Of a stretch of 32,000 bases of DNA, positions 28,468 to 32,000 are shown one piece after another (the stretch's first letter is position 1; each line of letters begins with the position of its first letter). Location of the stretch: the NCBI GenBank assembly GCA_038858525.1, contig JAWCFL010000004.1:52353-84352 (forward strand), written 5' to 3'. The notes under the pieces were generated by a model. It searched no databases and was not told where the DNA came from. It was given only the letters and a program-made list of their open reading frames with translations. The DNA comes from Candidatus Jordarchaeales archaeon (GTDB lineage: Archaea; Asgardarchaeota; Jordiarchaeia; Jordiarchaeales; Freyrarchaeaceae). The position numbers and the translations under genes were made by a program.

Positions 28468-30701
28468 ATGTCAGCAAGGATGAAGTACATTGAAGAAGTT
28501 GAAAAAATGATGCGAGTGAAGGATCAAATAAGGAACTTCGGAATAATAGCGCATGTGGATCACGGCAAAACCACTTTAAGTGACTCCCTACTGGCGGAGG
28601 CGGGTCTGCTCTCCCCGACGATCGCGGGGGAAGCAAGGGCTCTCGACTACCTCGAGGAGGAACAGAAGAGAGGCATAACCATAAAGGCGGCTAACATCTC
28701 ATTGGTGCACAAGTTCGACGGAAAGGACTACCTCATCAACTTAATCGACACGCCCGGGCACGTAGAGGACGAGCCAACCGGCTTGTTCGCGTAAACTTCA
28801 CCGGGCACGTTACTAGAGCATTAAGAGTAATCGACGGTGCAGTAGTAGTTGTGGATGCCGTCGAGGAGGTCGGCGTCCAGACGGAAACGGTTACCCGGCA
28901 GGCTTTAGCTGAGCGCGTTAGGCCTGTGTTATTCATTAATAAGATTGACCGTTTAATTCGTGAGTTGAAGCTTGATGATCGTGGCGTTCAGGAGAAGCTT
29001 AACAGAATTATTCGTGACTTTAATGGTTTGATTGACTTATATGGTGAGAAGGAATTTGCAAACAAATGGAAAGTTAACCCTGCTGAGGGTAATGTAGCTT
29101 TTGGCTCGGCTCTTCACAGGTGGGGTTTCACTGTCCCCCAGATGTTGAATTTGGGATTGAAGTTTAGCGATATTGTTGCTTATTACAGGGAAGACCGGGT
29201 GGATGAGCTCAAGAAGCTTCTTCCCGTTCATGCCGCCGTGCTGGACATGGTTGTCGACCACCTTCCTAACCCGGTTGAGGCTCAGCGATACAGGGTTCCG
29301 AAGATATGGCATGGCGACATCAACAGCGAGCTCGGTAAAGCTATGCTTGATTGCGACGAAAATGGTCCGACAATCATTTGCTTGAACAAAGTTATCGTTG
29401 ACCCCCATGCAGGTATCGTGTCAACGGGTAGAGTTTTCTCTGGAACTATTAGTGAAGGTGACCAAGTTTACCTGCTCACAGCCAAGAAAGGATACAGAGT
29501 CCAGCAAACGAGCATTTACATGGGTGCTAGGCGTGCGATTGTCGGAGCTATTCCTGCCGGCAACATTGCGGCGATGCTTGGCCTAGAGCTCGCTAGGGCT
29601 GGGGAGACCGTGGTGGCTGAGGGCCTTAAAGACGTCATGGTTCCATTCGAGAAGATCAAGTATGTTTCAGAGCCCGTCGTCACAGTGGCTATCGAGCCGA
29701 AACACCCGAAGGACCTGCCAAGGCTTGTTGAGCTAATGCAGAGGCTTTCAATTCAGGACCCAAACATTGTTGCGACAATCAATCAGGAGACAGGAGAATA
29801 CCTGCTTTCAGGTATGGGTGAGTTACACCTCGAGATCTCGCTGAAGGAGATCCAGTCCGAGGTGGACATCACAGTTTCGCCACCTATAGTTGTCTACAGA
29901 GAGACCGTTACGTCATCCTCGCCGCCCATCCTGGGTAAGAGCCCGAACAAGCATAACAGGATCTGGATCATGGTTGAACCGCTTAACGAGGAGACGATCA
30001 ACCTGCTCGCTGAAGGAGAAATTTCAGAGTACCAGGATAGAGATGAAAGAGCGCGTATTTTGAGGGAGAAAGCTGGCTGGGATGCTCACGACTCTAGGAA
30101 CCTTTGGGCTATCGATGAACACTTTAACGTCATAGTGGACAGGACACGTGGCATCCAGTACATGCGAGAGGTCAAGGATACCATGATTTCAGGTATAAAG
30201 TGGGCTTGTGAGTCTGGGCCGCTCGCCGAGGAGCCAATGAGAGGTGTCAAAGTAGTCGTTACAGACTGCCAGCTTCACGAGGACCCAGTTCACAGAGGAC
30301 CAGCACAAATTATGCCTATGAGTAGACGCGCCACATGGGGTGCCTTCCTGAGCGCGAAGCCTACTTTGCTTGAACCCATATACAAGATTCAGGTGACTGT
30401 TCCACCAGACTACATCGGGACAGTCTCAAGTATACTATCCCAGCGCAGGGGACATGTTCTAAACGTGGAGCAGCGAGGCCCACTAGCATTCATAAATGGA
30501 GAAATCCCTGTCAGAGAGAGCTTCGGGCTGGCGAACGATATGCGCTCCAGGACCTCAGGCAGAGCCTTCTGGCAGACGCAGTTCTCAAGGTGGGCTGAAG
30601 TTCCAAAATCTTTACTGGGCGAAGTAATAGCGGAAGTGCGGAAGAGGAAAGGATTAAAGCCGGAGCCACCCAAAGCGGAGGAATACATAGACACGCTTTA
30701 A
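28468..30701 (+). CDS. fusA: Archaeal elongation factor EF-2, split by a 29-nt BHB intron (exons 28468-28765 and 28795-30701; 734 aa spliced)
   Basis: [20 protein letters not shown]|DF (restored by splicing), [12 protein letters not shown], diphthamide loop [11 protein letters not shown]. (2234-29)/3 = 735 codons including the stop. Confidence 0.95.
28766..28794 (+). other. Candidate bulge-helix-bulge (EndA-type) intron in EF-2 mRNA
   Basis: ACGU/GCGU 4-bp helix, bulges AG|A and AA|A, 9-bp intron stem GGACGAGCC/GGCUUGUUC. Excision gives CAC GUA GAC UUC = HVDF. Confidence 0.85.
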
Positions 30702-30865
30702 CCCTTTTTCCATGAATGAGACCTCTTTGCTTATTCTTTTTTCTCCAGATTTCTCCAAGGAAGAAACTGGATTTCTCTAAAAGGAAAAGATAAACAAAAT
30801 ATATGAGAAGAGAGCAAGTAAAAAGGGGAGGCTGTGTATTAAAGGATTGTGGGGAGATGTTTGGC

Positions 30866-31180
30866 ATGGCTAAAGAGGGAGGAAACGCCTCTAAGAAGGT
30901 GCCTGAATGGGCGGAGGCTAGAGAATACTTGAAGCCCCCTCCATCTGAAAAGCTTGGCGACGACGAGCTATTCCTGCTTGAAATCTTATCTGGGCAGAGG
31001 AAGGTCCTTGACCAGATCATAACTGAGTTTAACGCTCCACGAAAGGCAGCGGGAAAGGAGCTTGCCTCCAAGGAACAGATAGCGTCTCTGCTGCAAAGGC
31101 TTGAGGAGAAAGGCTTTCTGAGTAAGGTTGAGGTGTGGCAGATAACCAGTAAGGGAAAACATTACCTCGAAGGGCTTTAA
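30866..31180 (+). CDS. Small protein with probable winged-helix C-terminus
   Basis: LLQRLEEKGFLSKVEVWQITSKGKHYLE wHTH-like wing. Start 30857 or 30866 after GGGGAG. Confidence 0.6.
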   Translation: MAKEGGNASKKVPEWAEAREYLKPPPSEKLGDDELFLLEILSGQRKVLDQIITEFNAPRKAAGKELASKEQIASLLQRLEEKGFLSKVEVWQITSKGKHYLEGL

Positions 31181-31320
31181 ACAAACTTTACCTTTGGGGT
31201 GGATCAAGAACATCAACTGTTCGAAAAAGAAACACGCGTCTCCTTAGACTAATTTCCGGTGCATTAAGTGTAACATTAAAATTTTCATGTTCCGGCTGAA
31301 TTTACGACTGATAACTTCTT

Positions 31321-31336
31321 CGAAAACTATATAAAA
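31321..31336 (+). promoter_or_regulatory. BRE-TATA promoter for tRNA-Gln
   Basis: CGAAAA-CTATATAAAA about 26-40 nt upstream of tRNA +1. The same AAACTATATAAA 12-mer occurs at 27216-27227. Confidence 0.7.
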
Positions 31337-31376
31337 TTTCGCTTCCATCTTCTGGAACAGAAGCCCGGTGGTGTAG

Positions 31377-31392
31377 AGTTTTAAAGACGCAG
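31377..31392 (+). other. tRNA intron in D-loop (15/16)
   Basis: GUGU/ACGC helix with two AG|A bulges. An alternative 18-nt excision (to 31394) gives the consensus D-loop but no BHB. Confidence 0.7.
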
Positions 31393-31432
31393 AGCGGCCA
31401 AGCATACGGGGCTCTGGACCCCGGGACCCCAG

Positions 31433-31447
31433 ACGCTCATGGAGGAT
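31433..31447 (+). other. tRNA intron at 53/54 (T-arm), relaxed BHB
   Basis: 15-nt insert between G53 and U54. CCCC/GAGG helix with one C-A mismatch; bulges AG|A and AU|U. Confidence 0.8.
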
Positions 31448-31504
31448 TTCGAATCTGGGCCGGGCTACCAATCCCCCATTTATTCTTCCTCGGCAGGTGC
31501 GAAG

Positions 31505-31795
31505 TTGAGTTTTCCTAAGAAGAAGGTGTATGCGGTTATTCGAGAATACAATAAGTATCATGCTCCCGAGGCTATTGCCAAACTGGTTCAGGTAGGCGGC
31601 AACTGGTTCATAGTGCTTTTTAGCGGTTCCTTCTGCTTCTCATGTGGCGTCTACGATTACATAGATGACCTTCGCGTTTTACTGGAAGATTTCGGGTTAA
31701 ACGTGCACATTGATCATTCAGAGAAAAGCGATGAAGGAATACTTGTATTATTCATCATGAAGAACGAAGCAGGATTACCGGCAGCTTCCAAATAG
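31505..31795 (+). CDS. Small conserved-looking archaeal hypothetical protein with CxxC
   Basis: IREYNKYHAPEAIAKLV...FSGSFCFSCGVYDYIDD. TTG 31505 follows AGGTG; the ORF-track start 31439 lies inside the tRNA. Confidence 0.7.
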   Translation: MSFPKKKVYAVIREYNKYHAPEAIAKLVQVGGNWFIVLFSGSFCFSCGVYDYIDDLRVLLEDFGLNVHIDHSEKSDEGILVLFIMKNEAGLPAASK

Positions 31796-32000
31796 AGGCT
31801 TTAAAGCTTCTTAAGTTCGCTTTAAGCAACTTGTAATTGCTTTTGTGGAAGGGGCGATATCTGAGCGTTCGGCGTATACTCGCTTTATTTAGTAGCGAAA
31901 CTCGTTGAGCATTCAGGCTGACAGATGGGAGCAATGAGAACTAGACGAATCAACAAAGGTTCCCCCCTCGCGCTGTATGGTTTCACTGTTGTAGGATAGT

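Larger units (their letters stand above)
31362..31470 (+). tRNA. trnQ: tRNA-Gln(CUG) with two non-canonical introns and encoded CCA
   Basis: Acceptor stem AGCCCGG/CCGGGCU (A1-U72, typical of archaeal Gln), D-stem GUGU/GCAU, anticodon stem CGGGG/CCCCG with CU-CUG-GA loop, T-stem CCCAG/CUGGG with UUCGAAU, then ACCA. Confidence 0.92.

Noticed and set aside
28132-28636. ORFs 28132-28419 (+) and 28391-28636 (-)
   Set aside because: No motifs. They overlap the EF-2 promoter or coding region and are probably spurious.
28766-28794. Intein or group I/II intron
   Set aside because: Far too short, out of frame, and lacking Cys/Ser...His-Asn ends or a ribozyme core
28753-28796. Programmed -1 frameshift or single-base sequencing error as the cause of the EF-2 break
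   Set aside because: Either would leave about 10 extra residues inside the invariant DTPGHVDF motif. CCCGGGC is not phased as X XXY YYZ. The insert has exact BHB geometry.
28754-28810. 10-bp direct repeat CCGGGCACGT flanking the insert (duplication/misassembly, or target-site duplication)
   Set aside because: The repeats encode PGHV and TGHV, both needed. Collapsing them deletes six conserved-position residues including DF. The 29-nt insert itself is not a copy of the flanks. Read mapping is still advisable.
31439-31504. ORF-track N-terminus of the last CDS
   Set aside because: It overlaps the tRNA-Gln T-arm and acceptor stem. TTG 31505 with an SD is the better start.
1-32000. Short antisense/overlapping ORFs in the track (e.g. 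10724-11023, 17671-18000, 23492-23869, 30511-31071)
   Set aside because: Shadows of purine-rich real genes on the opposite strand, with S/L/F-rich translations
1-32000. CRISPR array, transposase, integrase, rRNA
   Set aside because: No regularly spaced repeats, terminal inverted repeats or recognisable motifs seen
31796-32000. Possible gene end entering from the right edge on the minus strand
   Set aside because: Only short open frames with no recognisable motif; cannot be supported

Overview
Archaeal window, most consistent with a thermophilic Asgard lineage. This is an inference from longin, longin-roadblock and V4R genes, large TPR solenoids, a long Rpb5-like Rpo5, A-type ATPase subunits and an archaeal EF-2. 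About 30 CDS and one tRNA are supported. Main result: the EF-2 gene is interrupted inside its G3/switch-II motif (DTPGHV|DF) by a 29-nt insert (28766-28794). The insert folds into a bulge-helix-bulge (BHB) structure, and cutting at the standard BHB positions restores an intact 734-aa EF-2. It is therefore a candidate tRNA-type intron in an essential mRNA. About 660 bp downstream of EF-2 is a tRNA-Gln(CUG) gene not shown by the ORF track, with two non-canonical BHB-type introns (D-loop and 53/54). This suggests the host splices relaxed BHB substrates. Other notable items: a full-length eukaryote-like Rpo5/Rpb5 away from the rpoB/A operon; two trafficking-like modules (TPR/Ig solenoid + longin; V4R + longin-roadblock fusion); a membrane-anchored subtilase with its catalytic Ser replaced by Ala and a site-1-protease-like architecture, plus an intact paralog; a split A-ATPase cluster led by an AtpZ/AtpI-family gene; and an ACD-alpha homolog lacking its phospho-His loop, coupled to an MSMEG_0568-like radical SAM gene behind a perfect 25-bp palindrome. 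All family assignments come from motif recognition by eye; no database searches were run.
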